A DNA stretch of 64,000 bases from Pseudomonadota bacterium (lineage in GTDB: Bacteria; Desulfobacterota; Desulfobulbia; Desulfobulbales; JAHJIY01), in contig JAHJIY010000085.1 of assembly GCA_018823175.1 (NCBI GenBank), forward strand, positions 8,396 to 72,395. The letters run 5' to 3'. Shown piece after piece: positions 1 to 10,432 of the stretch (positions are counted from its first letter, which is position 1; each line of letters opens with the position of its first letter). Made by a program: the position numbers and the translations under genes. The notes below the pieces were generated by a model that was not told the DNA's origin, ran no database searches, and was given only the letters and a program-made list of their open reading frames with translations.

Positions 1-189
1 TCGCTGGAATTGCGTGTTTTTAGACCATTTGGGCGTAGCCGGCATAAATAAATATTGTTTCAGCGCATAGTTTGCATGACCAAGAAATAGGTTTGAACCG
101 TAAAGGGTCTTATATCCTGCAAAGGGGACTGTCCGTATGGCACCAATCCCAGCTTTACAAATTCTGATAATTTGTAAAATCAATAAACA

Positions 190-1116
190 TTATACCAGAT
201 ATTTTTGTTCGATTCTTTTTATCTTGCCGACCAGTTCTCGGTTGATCGGTGCGGGGATGCCCAGACGGCTTGCTGTTTCAATAATGGCACCGTTGATGGC
301 GTCTATCTCGGTTGGTCTTTTTCTCCTCACATCCTGTAGCATGGAAGAGATATTTTGTTCAGTGGCCCGACATACTTCCATACAACGGACAATCGGGTCG
401 TGGTCGATTTTGATCTCCAGGGCTCGGGCCACGGCGGCGGCCTCTTTAACAGCTCCTCGAAGGTGCTCGCGGGCTTTTGGTAATTCAAGTAATTGACCGT
501 TGGGGCAATCGTGGATAGCGGTAAGGGCATTGATCCCGACATTAATCAGGAGTTTTGACCAGACATGATTGATAATGTCTGAAACCACAATGGTATCCAA
601 TCCCGACGAATTAAACAGCGAGGCGGCAATTTCTAGAGTTTGGTCTGCCAGGTTGCCGGGTTGGGCAAAGCCGATTTTGGTCAGTCCATATCCGCCGTAC
701 TTGACATGGCCGGGTTTAACAAGATTTGCTCCAAGGGAGGTGACCCCGATTGCAGTTTGACATGGCAGAGTGTTTTCTTGCAGGATATTAAGATGACTAA
801 TCCCGTTTTGAAAAGAGATGAGCAGACTTTTGTCGTGCAGGGCCGAGCTTATTGACTGCAGGCCTTCGGCAACATCTTGGGATTTGACGCAAAGCAGAAT
901 AAGGTCGGCCGGCCGAATTTCCCTCGCCTTTGTCGTGACCTTGATCGGATAGTGAAACTTCTCCGTCCCCTTTTCCAGGATCAGTCCATTTTGGCCGAGT
1001 TCTTCAGCTCTGTGCTGATTGTGATCCATGAGCCAAATTTCATGGCTCGTGTCACGGGTCAGGGAGACTGCCAGCAATGTGCCAAGAGCCCCAGGTCCTA
1101 TTACGACAATTCTCAT
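190..1116 (-). CDS. panE: 2-dehydropantoate 2-reductase (ketopantoate reductase)
   Basis: N-terminal GPGALG Rossmann motif, LCVKS, QNG, WSKLLINVGIN, SSMLQD and TEIDAING motifs; 308 aa. Confidence 0.93.
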   Translation of the reverse strand: MRIVVIGPGALGTLLAVSLTRDTSHEIWLMDHNQHRAEELGQNGLILEKGTEKFHYPIKVTTKAREIRPADLILLCVKSQDVAEGLQSISSALHDKSLLISFQNGISHLNILQENTLPCQTAIGVTSLGANLVKPGHVKYGGYGLTKIGFAQPGNLADQTLEIAASLFNSSGLDTIVVSDIINHVWSKLLINVGINALTAIHDCPNGQLLELPKAREHLRGAVKEAAAVARALEIKIDHDPIVRCMEVCRATEQNISSMLQDVRRKRPTEIDAINGAIIETASRLGIPAPINRELVGKIKRIEQKYLV

Positions 1117-1429
1117 TTCATCAATAATTCGTAATTAATAAGGTTGATGTTTAGATGAAAGTGACAAGTAACGAGTTTCTCTCCATCACTGTTAATTTTC
1201 ATGTCTGACTGTTCTCCATTTCGTTGGTGGGTGTTATTTATGGTCTCTAAATAAGAATACCTTGAAGGGCTTTGGTTCCCCCCAAGGTATTCATGATTTT
1301 TGATATCTCCCGATATTTCACATTTCCCACGAATATTTCAGTCAGGATAATGAAAAACACTTATGGCTAAACATCTTGCTTTGTGTTTTTGCTACTGTCT
1401 CAGCTTGTAATAAATCAGGGGCCAAACCA

Positions 1430-2305
1430 TTAATTGTTTAAATGTGCCTCTTCAACAATTACTGCGTATTTATACCCTGCGCCGAAATCCTTGTTGGCCC
1501 GCAGTATACCTTTGATTTTGACGATGGTATCGTTTTCGGCGGATTCAGTTGAGGTTATAACAAGGTCGTGGGTTTGTTGTTGTGGATCGCCGGTACCATC
1601 CTGGATGTGGAGCCAGTTTTTACCCATAATATTGGGAGAAAATTTCATGACTTTGCCGTTAATGACAATTTCCTTGCCGTCAAGTTCAGGGGCTTTGGCG
1701 AAAAGTTCGGCCACGGTAAAGCCGTTGCTGCCCGGCGCCCGTTCTATTTTTAATTCGGCAAAGGGGACGACGGCTTTGGCGCTTCCTGCCTCGATGGTTT
1801 CTCCCGTCAGAGTGGCCGGCATTTCTTCCTGCAAGGCATTTTGGAAGGAAGGGGCAGAGGTATTGGCGCTGGATCTTCTGGTGCGGGATGGTTGCGCATC
1901 CTGATCAGTGCCGCTTTGGGGATTTTTCCCTTCAATTGAAGAGGCAAAGATCAGGTTGTCAAATTTACGATCCAGTGATTTGCTGTAAAAATCAGGAAAG
2001 ACTGTCGCGTTTAACAGGGTAACCTCTTCATTAACTTCGACCTTGGTAGAGGGAGCGGAGGCCCATTTTTTCTCACCTTCATGTTCCAGAAGTATGAAGG
2101 TAAAGCCACCACCGGAAAGAACTTCCAAAACCTTTCCTTTTATGGTCATTGCCAACGGTAGCGTGATCTTGTCAAGTGCGACCTGTGGGGTTGCGGTCTC
2201 GGTGGAAGTTTTGGTTTTCGGGGTGTCATTACTGCATGAGGTCAGAACCATGACGACTGTGACCCCGGCAATCAGGTAAAGAAATTTTCTTATTTTAAAA
2301 TCCAT
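1430..2305 (-). CDS. OB-fold lipoprotein (NrfJ-related / two OB-like domains)
   Basis: Lipobox LTSC; GFTF..L....KWA and IMGKNWLHIQDGTG..THDLVIT...KDFGAGYKY motifs; paralogue of 12389..13126. Confidence 0.7.
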   Translation of the reverse strand: MDFKIRKFLYLIAGVTVVMVLTSCSNDTPKTKTSTETATPQVALDKITLPLAMTIKGKVLEVLSGGGFTFILLEHEGEKKWASAPSTKVEVNEEVTLLNATVFPDFYSKSLDRKFDNLIFASSIEGKNPQSGTDQDAQPSRTRRSSANTSAPSFQNALQEEMPATLTGETIEAGSAKAVVPFAELKIERAPGSNGFTVAELFAKAPELDGKEIVINGKVMKFSPNIMGKNWLHIQDGTGDPQQQTHDLVITSTESAENDTIVKIKGILRANKDFGAGYKYAVIVEEAHLNN

Positions 2306-2410
2306 TTTATAGTTCTCCCTTGTTTATCTGATGGTGGATTATGATTAATTTGTAAAGCAAAACTGGTTTTCGCAGCTTGAAGTTTACATGCTTATCTGCT
2401 GCGTAAAGTA

Positions 2411-4621
2411 TCAATAGGTGAAAGTTAATTTTTTATCTTTTGTTCCTACCATGACTTCCCCGCCTTTGACAAGTTTCCCGAACAGAATTTCTTCGGCAAG
2501 AACGTCGCCTATTTCCTGCATGATCAAACGTCGTAAGGGTCTGGCGCCATAATCAGGATCATGGCCCTTGATGGCCAAAAAGGTTCGGGCTGCCCCGGTC
2601 AGTTTGATCGATACCTTCTTTGCGGTTAACTGGAGCTGTAATTCGTTGATCATTTTGTCGACAATTTTTTTCATAGTCGCTTGATTTAGGGAGTCAAAGG
2701 TTATCAGACTGTCCAGCCGGTTTCTGAATTCCGGCGAAAACAGATCTTTGATGGCCTTGTGTTCTTTGCCCTTTTTGCTGGGCATGAAGCCGATCGCCAT
2801 TTCACTCATTTCGCGAGCCCCGGCGTTGGTGGTCATGATCAGGATGACGTTTCTAAAGTCGGCCCGCCGCCCGTTGTTGTCAGTCAAGGTGGAATGGTCC
2901 ATCACTTGTAGCAAAATATTAAAAATGTCGGGATGGGCTTTTTCAATTTCATCAAGTAACAGCACGGAGTATGGATGCTTGCGGATCGCTTCGGTCAACA
3001 GGCCGCCCTGATCGAACCCCACATATCCCGGAGGGGCCCCAATCAGCCTGGCCACCGCATGTTTTTCCATGTATTCACTCATGTCAAAACGTTCAAAATG
3101 GATGGCCAGAGCTGCTGCTAACTGTTTTGCTACCTCGGTCTTGCCGACTCCGGTTGGTCCGGCAAAAAGAAATGAACCGGTTGGCCTTTCTATCTCACCA
3201 AGACCGGCTCGGGAACGTTTGACCGCCGTGACCAGTGTGTTTATGGCCTGGTCCTGCCCGAAGATAGTGGATTGCAGAAGTTGGTCAAGATTGCGCAGTT
3301 GTTCAACGTCGGAAGTGGAGGCGCGACGCGCCGGGATCCGGGCCATTTTGGAAACCACATTTTCCACATCTCTGACCGTGACCACTTTTTTTGTTTTACC
3401 CGTTTTTTTAAGCCTGAAAGCCGCCCCAACTTCATCGATCACATCAATGGCCTTGTCCGGCAGAAAACGATCGTTAATGTAACGGGCAGAGAGTTCCGCC
3501 GCCGCCTTGATTGCGGTATCTGAATACTTGATGCCATGATGTTCTTCGTAACGGCTTTTAAGTCCTCGGAGGATGGCCATGGTTTCTTCCACCGAAGGTT
3601 CTTCAATATCAATTTTTTGAAATCGACGGGAAAGGGCGCGGTCTTTTTCGATATGATTTTTCTGTTCCTCGTAGGTAGTTGACCCGATGCACCGCATTGA
3701 TCCGGCCTGCAGGGCAGGTTTGAGAAGATTGGAGGCATCCATGCTACCGCCGCTGGTAGCTCCTGCCCCGACAATAGTGTGGATTTCGTCAATCAACAGG
3801 ATAATGTCTTTTTCTTGAAAGGCGTCGATCAATGATTTCAGTCTTTGCTCAAAATCGCCCCGGTATTTGGTGCCGGACATCAGAGCACCCATATCAAGAA
3901 GACGAATTTCCACATTCTTGAGGAGATCAGGAACCTTGCCTTGGTGAACGCGCAGGGCCAAGCCTTCGGCAATCGCAGTTTTGCCGACTCCCGGTTCCCC
4001 GACCAGCAAAGGGTTGTTCTTGCGGCGGCGACAGAGGATCTGGATCATTCTTTCCATTTCTCTGCTCCGGCCGATCAGGGGGTCAATTTGTCCATCGGCT
4101 GCCCGTTGGCTGAAGTTAATGGTGTATTTGTCCAGTGCCGAGTCGGATTTGCCGGCATCTTTTTTGGTGATGGGATCTGGTTCGATGATTTTGTGTGGTA
4201 TTTCCTGGGAAATGTATTCGACCACATCCAGCCGTTTTATTCCTTCTGATTGCAGATAATATGCGGCAAATGAGTCAGATTCGGCAAAGATGGCAACCAG
4301 AACGTCGGAGGCTTCCACTTCTTTTTTGCCGCAGCTTTGGACGTGGGCAATCGCCCTTTGCAGGACCCGGTTAAAGCCGATGGTTTGTATCGGATCATTT
4401 ATTTCGTTTTCTTTCAGGGAGGCAAGATTACTTGAAAAGAAATTTTCCAGACTTTTTTTAAGTTTTTCAACACTGCCGCCACAGTTGGTAATTATTGTAG
4501 CAGCGTGTTCATCATGGAGCAGGGCGTAAAGAATATGCTCTACCGTTACATGTTCGTGTTTGCGGGTTTTAGCTTCTCTTATCGCCATGACCAGTGCGAG
4601 TTCAAGCTTGTTGCTTATCAT
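2411..4621 (-). CDS. clpA: ATP-dependent Clp protease ATP-binding subunit ClpA
   Basis: Clp N-domain and two AAA+ modules (GEPGVGKT, GPTGVGKT); no ClpB coiled-coil; directly downstream of clpS. Confidence 0.95.
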   Translation of the reverse strand: MISNKLELALVMAIREAKTRKHEHVTVEHILYALLHDEHAATIITNCGGSVEKLKKSLENFFSSNLASLKENEINDPIQTIGFNRVLQRAIAHVQSCGKKEVEASDVLVAIFAESDSFAAYYLQSEGIKRLDVVEYISQEIPHKIIEPDPITKKDAGKSDSALDKYTINFSQRAADGQIDPLIGRSREMERMIQILCRRRKNNPLLVGEPGVGKTAIAEGLALRVHQGKVPDLLKNVEIRLLDMGALMSGTKYRGDFEQRLKSLIDAFQEKDIILLIDEIHTIVGAGATSGGSMDASNLLKPALQAGSMRCIGSTTYEEQKNHIEKDRALSRRFQKIDIEEPSVEETMAILRGLKSRYEEHHGIKYSDTAIKAAAELSARYINDRFLPDKAIDVIDEVGAAFRLKKTGKTKKVVTVRDVENVVSKMARIPARRASTSDVEQLRNLDQLLQSTIFGQDQAINTLVTAVKRSRAGLGEIERPTGSFLFAGPTGVGKTEVAKQLAAALAIHFERFDMSEYMEKHAVARLIGAPPGYVGFDQGGLLTEAIRKHPYSVLLLDEIEKAHPDIFNILLQVMDHSTLTDNNGRRADFRNVILIMTTNAGAREMSEMAIGFMPSKKGKEHKAIKDLFSPEFRNRLDSLITFDSLNQATMKKIVDKMINELQLQLTAKKVSIKLTGAARTFLAIKGHDPDYGARPLRRLIMQEIGDVLAEEILFGKLVKGGEVMVGTKDKKLTFTY

Positions 4622-4668
4622 CTTTTTTCCTCTGCATACTTAATTTCAATGCGCGACGTTGTTATTTT

Positions 4669-4983
4669 TTACAGATGTTCCACTGAGCATTTAAGTGGAT
4701 ATTCATTTTTGCGGGCCAGGTCGTGCACAATTAAAACTTTGGTTTCAGCCACGTCCCGGGGGTAAATCCCTGCCACTCCCATTCCTTGCTGGTGGACGTT
4801 GAGCATTATCTTGGTGGCCTCGGTGGGGTTTTTATGAAAAATCACCTCAAGGACCATTACCACGAATTCCATGGTCGTATAATCGTCGTTATGCAAAAGA
4901 ACCTTGAACATGGATGGCTCTTTAACCTGTTGGCGATTATCGGTAATTACCCACTCTTCAAACTCTTTATGCGGTGCGGACAT
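4669..4983 (-). CDS. clpS: Clp protease adaptor ClpS
   Basis: VLLHNDDYTTMEFVV, MLNVH..G and YPL motifs; 104 aa; upstream of clpA. Confidence 0.95.
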   Translation of the reverse strand: MSAPHKEFEEWVITDNRQQVKEPSMFKVLLHNDDYTTMEFVVMVLEVIFHKNPTEATKIMLNVHQQGMGVAGIYPRDVAETKVLIVHDLARKNEYPLKCSVEHL

Positions 4984-5235
4984 CGGTTCAATATTTTTTG
5001 TATAGAATCTTGGTCAAGATAATTAACTTTATTCTCTCATCCCTGGGGCAATCGCCTGGATGGTGGCAGGAGGTAAATTTATTTTGACAGACAAGGGTCT
5101 AAAATTTTTTGCTGCTTTTCTAATTTTTATAATTGTAATCATTAACCGCAATATACACCAGCATGTTAATCACCTCAATCGTGCAATCGCCGGAGGTCTG
5201 GAGGGAAATAATCACCAGACCGGTAATTTGTATTA

Positions 5236-6594
5236 TTATTCGGCAAGGATCTTGAAAAACATGTTTTCCAGGATCAATGCCGGCGGGAGACCGGAGCCTT
5301 TGAGCCGGAATTCCGCGTCAAGAATGTCAGAGAAACAGTTGCGGACCTTGGTAGTCGAAAACTTTTCCGCCTTTTGGAACATCATGAATAAAGCGTAAGG
5401 ATGACTCGGAAGACTCGAAGGCCATTCGATCCTTTGTTGTTTTAACCTTTCCAGATAGCCTTTTTGGAAGGCACCATATGATAGGCCCGGGACATAAGAT
5501 GGGTCGGCAATATCTTGCAGGGAGCGGACGATCAGCAACTTTTTCATATGGTTTCTGACTCCCGAGATAATGACCAGAGGGTGTGTCCCGTTTTCCTGGA
5601 GCCGGGCGGCAATAACCATGGTTTCCGACAGATTGCGATTGGCCAGGGCTTCGGTCAGTTCGAATAGGGCTTCCTCGCGGGTGCGGCCGATAATGGCGTT
5701 CAGGTCTTCGATCGTAATGGTATTTTGATCACCTACATAGAGGGCGAGTTTTTCGCTTTCCCGTTCGGCGGCTACCGGATGAAACCCTATTCTTTCAAGG
5801 AAGATCGGTAGGGCGCGCGGCTCTAATTTTTTGCCGAAACCGGCCAGGGTTTTTTGTACTATCTCACTAAGGACTTCCTGTTGTTCTTTGTCGGCGGCCC
5901 GGCTGAATCCGGCTTCGACCGTAAGGTCAACCACCGCCCCGTGTTCGGAAATATATTTGTACAGTCTTTTTCTTTTATCCACCGCTTCGGCGATGAGCAA
6001 TAATATATTGCCGCTGGGTAGCCCCTCCTCCAAAGCACTGAGAAAAAGGTCGGCCGCTTCATTTTTCTCCGATGGTGGCGGGTTGTTCGGGGTGTCGGTG
6101 GTTGCCGTAATTTCTTGCACCCATTTCAGATTGCCCTGGGGTTTGGCAAAGCCGAAAACGCTTTTCCATTTGGCGGCGGAGAGATCGGCCATTTCATCTG
6201 AGGCCAGGCGTCCCATGATGAGCAATTGTTTAAGGTAGCGTCCGGTCAGTTCAAGGTCCTTTGCCTCAAATGCTTCTTCCGCCTTGTTCCAGATTGTTTT
6301 GGCGATTACTTTAGAATAAAGGAGTTTGGAGTCGTTTACTTTGATGACGGTTCTTCCGGCAAATAAGCTGTAGGTGCGAAGCTGGTTTAAGGTCTTGCGC
6401 GGCTCTTCCTGATCGCCGTCGATTACCCGGAGGTTGTTTCGTTGCGTTTGCTCGGGCAGGAGAAGTTCGATTAGTTCATTGGCGGTCTGGCGGCAGAGAT
6501 GACGTTCCCCGAAGACCAGATAGACAGGCAAAATTTCCCCTTGTTTAATGGCTTTAAACAGTTTTAAGGTGTCTGATCTTTTGTATACTGGCAT
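5236..6594 (-). CDS. holA: DNA polymerase III delta subunit
   Basis: PVYLVFGE N-terminus, SLFAG, EKLALYVG, LFELTEAL and DAEFRLKGSG C-terminus; longer than the E. coli protein because of an internal insertion. Confidence 0.82.
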   Translation of the reverse strand: MPVYKRSDTLKLFKAIKQGEILPVYLVFGERHLCRQTANELIELLLPEQTQRNNLRVIDGDQEEPRKTLNQLRTYSLFAGRTVIKVNDSKLLYSKVIAKTIWNKAEEAFEAKDLELTGRYLKQLLIMGRLASDEMADLSAAKWKSVFGFAKPQGNLKWVQEITATTDTPNNPPPSEKNEAADLFLSALEEGLPSGNILLLIAEAVDKRKRLYKYISEHGAVVDLTVEAGFSRAADKEQQEVLSEIVQKTLAGFGKKLEPRALPIFLERIGFHPVAAERESEKLALYVGDQNTITIEDLNAIIGRTREEALFELTEALANRNLSETMVIAARLQENGTHPLVIISGVRNHMKKLLIVRSLQDIADPSYVPGLSYGAFQKGYLERLKQQRIEWPSSLPSHPYALFMMFQKAEKFSTTKVRNCFSDILDAEFRLKGSGLPPALILENMFFKILAE

Positions 6595-6692
6595 ATGTAG
6601 GAGAAAAGCTGCTCTTTATGGTAGAATTTGATGATGGGGATAAAATACTCTTTTTATTATTTTTGAAAAAGGGCAATTAGTAAAATTTGGTT

Positions 6693-6834
6693 ATTGAACA
6701 TGCAAAGCGAAACAAATTCACCGCAACTCGGAGTGTCGCAAGCCCCCTTATCTGCTGCGGGGTTAGTGAGCGAATCTAATGATAACATCCTTACATACGG
6801 AGATTCCCCGTGGCTTACCGCGGGGAGCTTCAAT
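6693..6834. mobile_element. MITE/REP-like palindromic element
   Basis: Bounded by short inverted ends ATTGAA...TTCAAT; internal GC hairpin TCCCCGTGG-CTTA-CCGCGGGGA; GC-rich patch in an AT-rich intergenic region. Confidence 0.5.
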
Positions 6835-6854
6835 CAAAAGTTATGGAGGAGTTA

Positions 6855-8003
6855 ATGGGGCCAGAAGAAGGCAAGTCATCCAGGAAACTTGGCGTTCTGA
6901 TCGGTGGTTCCGGGTTGATCGGCGGGGCCTTGATGCATTATTTTAAGATTAACGCCCCTCGGGAAATTGAAGTTTTGTCGCCCAACAGCAAGAAGTTAAG
7001 TTTGCGGGAATTGTCTGATATAAAAGACTATTTTGCAAAATATAAGCCTGAATTCATTATAAACTGTGCGATCGCCTCGATTGATTCTGATCCTAAAATG
7101 GCTTATGAAGTCAATTATGTCGGGGCGATTTCTCTGGCGCGAGTGGCCCTGGCCCTTGGCATTCCGTATATTCATGTCAGTTCTGCCGCCACCATGCCAA
7201 ACGGGGAGAACCTTTCTGAAGATGAGATGTTGCCCCTTACCCCGGATTTGTCTAACTACGCCAAGTCCAAATTGATGGCCGAGCTTACCCTTAAGCATAT
7301 GCATGAAACAAAGGGTCTGGATTATACGGTTATTCGACTTGGTGTGGTTTACGGTAAACATGACCATAAGATTCAGGGGTTTCATCGGCTTTTTTTCTCC
7401 ATTATGGATAAAGCGATGCCGGTAATGCTAACCCGCCGTGGAGTATTGCACTCCTATTCGCACAGTAAAAAACTGCCACCTTTTATTTATTATATTCTTG
7501 ATCATCGAAAGGAATTTTCCGGCCAGACTTATAATTTCGTAGACCGTAATCCGGTTGAATTGGCCCAGCTGATTCTGACCATTAAATCGTATCTGGAACT
7601 TAACGTCCCGAAGGAGATTTATCTGCCTTATCCGATGGCCCAGTTCGGGCGGTTGTGCCTGGGATTAATGGTTAAAATTTTAGCACGGATCGGGATTGAG
7701 GCCAGGATGCCTGGTGAATTGATGTTTCTGGAAAATTTTTATAAGACCCAGACCCTTTCTTCGCAAAAGTTAGAGAACTCTTCCTATGTTGATCCAGCTC
7801 CCGAGGTGACGGTTTTCAGTTCTTTGCCGGGCATGATTCAGTACTACCTCACTCGCTGGGAACATTTGAATCTTATTTCTTCCTATAACCAGGATTTTTT
7901 TGATCCCAGTCGACAGACGGAGGATTTTATTTCAGATCCCGAGAAGCTTCTTAATATCGTTAACCAGGAAGAGAGTGATGCTCTCCCTGGGTTTAAGGCA
8001 TGA
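6855..8003 (+). CDS. NAD-dependent epimerase/dehydratase (extended SDR)
   Basis: GGSGLIG Rossmann motif and YAKSK catalytic motif; start moved to ATG 6855 (GGAGGAG Shine-Dalgarno) because the GTG at 6810 lies inside the repeat element. Confidence 0.8.
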   Translation: MGPEEGKSSRKLGVLIGGSGLIGGALMHYFKINAPREIEVLSPNSKKLSLRELSDIKDYFAKYKPEFIINCAIASIDSDPKMAYEVNYVGAISLARVALALGIPYIHVSSAATMPNGENLSEDEMLPLTPDLSNYAKSKLMAELTLKHMHETKGLDYTVIRLGVVYGKHDHKIQGFHRLFFSIMDKAMPVMLTRRGVLHSYSHSKKLPPFIYYILDHRKEFSGQTYNFVDRNPVELAQLILTIKSYLELNVPKEIYLPYPMAQFGRLCLGLMVKILARIGIEARMPGELMFLENFYKTQTLSSQKLENSSYVDPAPEVTVFSSLPGMIQYYLTRWEHLNLISSYNQDFFDPSRQTEDFISDPEKLLNIVNQEESDALPGFKA

Positions 8004-8009
8004 GAAGCG

Positions 8010-8861
8010 ATGCCACTTCTTGGCGCTCATATGTCGGTGGCCGGTGGTTTGTTTCTTGCTGTTGACCGGATAAATCAGGTGGGTGGGGCGGCTTTGCAGA
8101 TTTTCACCAGGAATCAACGGCAATGGCGGGTGCCAAGTTTGTCGGCGGAAGAGGTCGGCCGGTTTCGCCAGGCCTGCCAAAAATCCGGGGATATGCCGGT
8201 CGCGGCCCATGATTCTTATTTGATTAATCTGGCATCGCCCAAGAAGGATGCGGCCGACAGATCGGTGGCGGCTTTTGCTGATGAAATAAGGCGGGCCGAG
8301 ACCCTTAGTATTCCATATTTGATAATGCATCCCGGCGCCCATCTGGGAGAAGGAATTGAGCCAGGACTGCGGCGTTTTGTTGATAACCTTGATTTGGCGT
8401 TAGATCTGGCCGGGGATTGCAGGGTTATGGTTCTGATCGAAACCACGGCGGGACAGGGCACTGCTTTGGGTTCAACTTTTGAGGAAATTTCTTATATTAT
8501 AAGGAACTCCACCCATACTAGGCGACTTGGAGTGTGTTTTGATACCTGTCATGTTTTTGCTGCTGGTTATGATTTTCGTACTCTGGCTACTTACCATAAA
8601 ACTTTTGACCGGTTTGACCGTTTGATCGGACTGGAAAAGTTGTTGTTTTTTCATTTGAATGACTCTCAAAAAGATCTGGGCAGTCGGGTGGACAGGCATG
8701 CGCATATAGGCCAGGGCAGGATCGGTCTGGAGGGTTTTGGCTTATTGTTGAACGATTTGCGGTTTAAGGATCACCCGATGGTTCTTGAAACCCCGAAAGG
8801 GGTTGATTTGCAGGAGGACCGTGAGAATCTGACTGTTCTCCGGAGGTTGATCGTTATTTAA
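8010..8861 (+). CDS. nfo: Endonuclease IV (AP endonuclease)
   Basis: LGAHMS, HDSYLINL, HPG, ETTAGQGT, DTCH, HLNDS, DRHAHIG and LETP Zn-binding motifs. Confidence 0.95.
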   Translation: MPLLGAHMSVAGGLFLAVDRINQVGGAALQIFTRNQRQWRVPSLSAEEVGRFRQACQKSGDMPVAAHDSYLINLASPKKDAADRSVAAFADEIRRAETLSIPYLIMHPGAHLGEGIEPGLRRFVDNLDLALDLAGDCRVMVLIETTAGQGTALGSTFEEISYIIRNSTHTRRLGVCFDTCHVFAAGYDFRTLATYHKTFDRFDRLIGLEKLLFFHLNDSQKDLGSRVDRHAHIGQGRIGLEGFGLLLNDLRFKDHPMVLETPKGVDLQEDRENLTVLRRLIVI

Positions 8862-10320
8862 AGATGATCTGTACCGGGCAGTGATCTGAACCCATAATTG
8901 AGCTTAAGATATCGGCGCTCTTGACCCGGCTTTTACTGTTTTGATCAATGAAGAAATAATCTATCCGCCAACCGATATTCCTTGCTCTTGCGTTAAATCG
9001 GTAGCTCCACCAGGTATATTGGCCTGGTTGCTGATTATACATACGAAAGGTGTCCTGATACCCTGCTTTAATGAAATCATCCATCCAGGCCCGCTCCGGG
9101 GGAGAGAATCCCGGGTTCTTTTCATTATTATCCGGGTTTTCCAGGTCGATTGGTTGATGGGCCACATTGAAATCTCCGGTGATCAGCACTGATTTTTTGG
9201 GGAACAGATTTTGGCAAAAATTCAGGATGTGGCGGTTGAAATCGAGTTTGAATTCAAGACGCTTCAAGCCATGCTGGGCGTTGGGAAAATAGGTATTAAT
9301 AAAATAGTAGTTGTCGAATTCCAGGGTTAAAACTCTTCCTTCCCGATCGGCGACATCTTCTCCCAAGCCATAAATAACTCGAATGGGTTTGGTTTTTGTA
9401 TAGATGCAGACTCCGGAATAGCCTTTTTTTTCGGCCGGCAGCCAATAGGACTGATAACCGGCAAGATTAAGCAGTTGATCCGATAACTGGTCCGGCTGGG
9501 CCTTGATTTCCTGGAGGGCCAGGATATCCGGGTTGAGTTCATTAACGATCTCAGTAAAACCTTTTTTTTCAATAGCTCTGATGCCGTTCACATTCCAGGA
9601 GATTAATTTTTTAGGTCGGGATGAATCAGGGCTTGTACTTTTATCTGGCAGACGACGGGCGGTGACGCCTATTTTAGGGCATAAATTATTAATAATGCAT
9701 CGGTCGCAGTGCGGACGGAGCGGGCGGCAGGTTCCCTGGCCAAATGCGACCAGGATGGAGTTAATCCGTGCCCAATATTGAGTCGGCAGTTTCTCGCGAA
9801 GTGCCATTTCCGTCTGCAGGGGAGTCGAGGTCTGAACGTAACCCCAGATATTCGTGATCCGGTGGACATGGGTATCAACACAGATTGCCGGCTTATTAAA
9901 GGCTAAGCAGACCACAAGGTTTGCGGTTTTGCGACCGACTCCAGGCAATTTAATCAGAGACTCAACGGTGTCGGGTATTTGGGAGTTGTAGAGATCGGCA
10001 AGTTGTCCGGGCAGAGAGGATAAATGTCTGGCCTTGGTTTTATAGAAGCCAACCGGGTAAATTAGTTTGGCTATTTTTTCTTCCGGAAGCAGAGCCAGGC
10101 TTTCCAGGGAAGGGGCTTGTTTGAACAGACGCCCAGCGGCCTTGGCGGTCACTTCATCTTTGGTTCGGGCCGAAAGAATCGTGGCGATCAAGATACGATA
10201 AGGGTCAGTACTTTGCGCCGCCATCAGGTCAATGACCGGCACCTGATAAGTTTCAACCTCTTTTGCCAGAATTGTAAAGGCCTGGTGAATGTCAAAATTT
10301 AATGGTGGATTATTTTTCAT
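8854..10320 (-). CDS. Endonuclease III (Nth) - exodeoxyribonuclease III (Xth/ExoA) fusion protein
   Basis: N-half: ILSART, HhH LPGVGRKTAN, VDTHVHR, CX6CX2CX5C FeS motif. C-half: SWNVNG, LQEIK, GYSGV, GDFNVAH, WRIDY, GSDHCP. One continuous ORF. Confidence 0.92.
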   Translation of the reverse strand: MKNNPPLNFDIHQAFTILAKEVETYQVPVIDLMAAQSTDPYRILIATILSARTKDEVTAKAAGRLFKQAPSLESLALLPEEKIAKLIYPVGFYKTKARHLSSLPGQLADLYNSQIPDTVESLIKLPGVGRKTANLVVCLAFNKPAICVDTHVHRITNIWGYVQTSTPLQTEMALREKLPTQYWARINSILVAFGQGTCRPLRPHCDRCIINNLCPKIGVTARRLPDKSTSPDSSRPKKLISWNVNGIRAIEKKGFTEIVNELNPDILALQEIKAQPDQLSDQLLNLAGYQSYWLPAEKKGYSGVCIYTKTKPIRVIYGLGEDVADREGRVLTLEFDNYYFINTYFPNAQHGLKRLEFKLDFNRHILNFCQNLFPKKSVLITGDFNVAHQPIDLENPDNNEKNPGFSPPERAWMDDFIKAGYQDTFRMYNQQPGQYTWWSYRFNARARNIGWRIDYFFIDQNSKSRVKSADILSSIMGSDHCPVQIIFK

Positions 10321-10340
10321 TTTGTGGGCGAGGAAGCAAA

Positions 10341-10374
10341 AAAATAGCCACCAGAGCGCTCTGATGGCTATTTT
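10341..10374 (-). terminator. Rho-independent terminator after the HAMP gene
   Basis: Hairpin AAAATAGCCACCAGAG-CG-CTCTGATGGCTATTTT followed by a U-tract on the minus strand. Confidence 0.7.
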
Positions 10375-10432
10375 AGATCAAGAAGATTTGAAAGTTTATC
10401 GGGAAACTAAATTAATTATATCCACATCCTGG

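Noticed and set aside
1-45. Possible minus-strand gene start (MPATPKWSKNTQFQR) running off the left edge
   Set aside because: Too short to support any call
6810-6854. ORF-track GTG start of the epimerase
   Set aside because: Lies in a repeat hairpin; ATG 6855 has a strong SD
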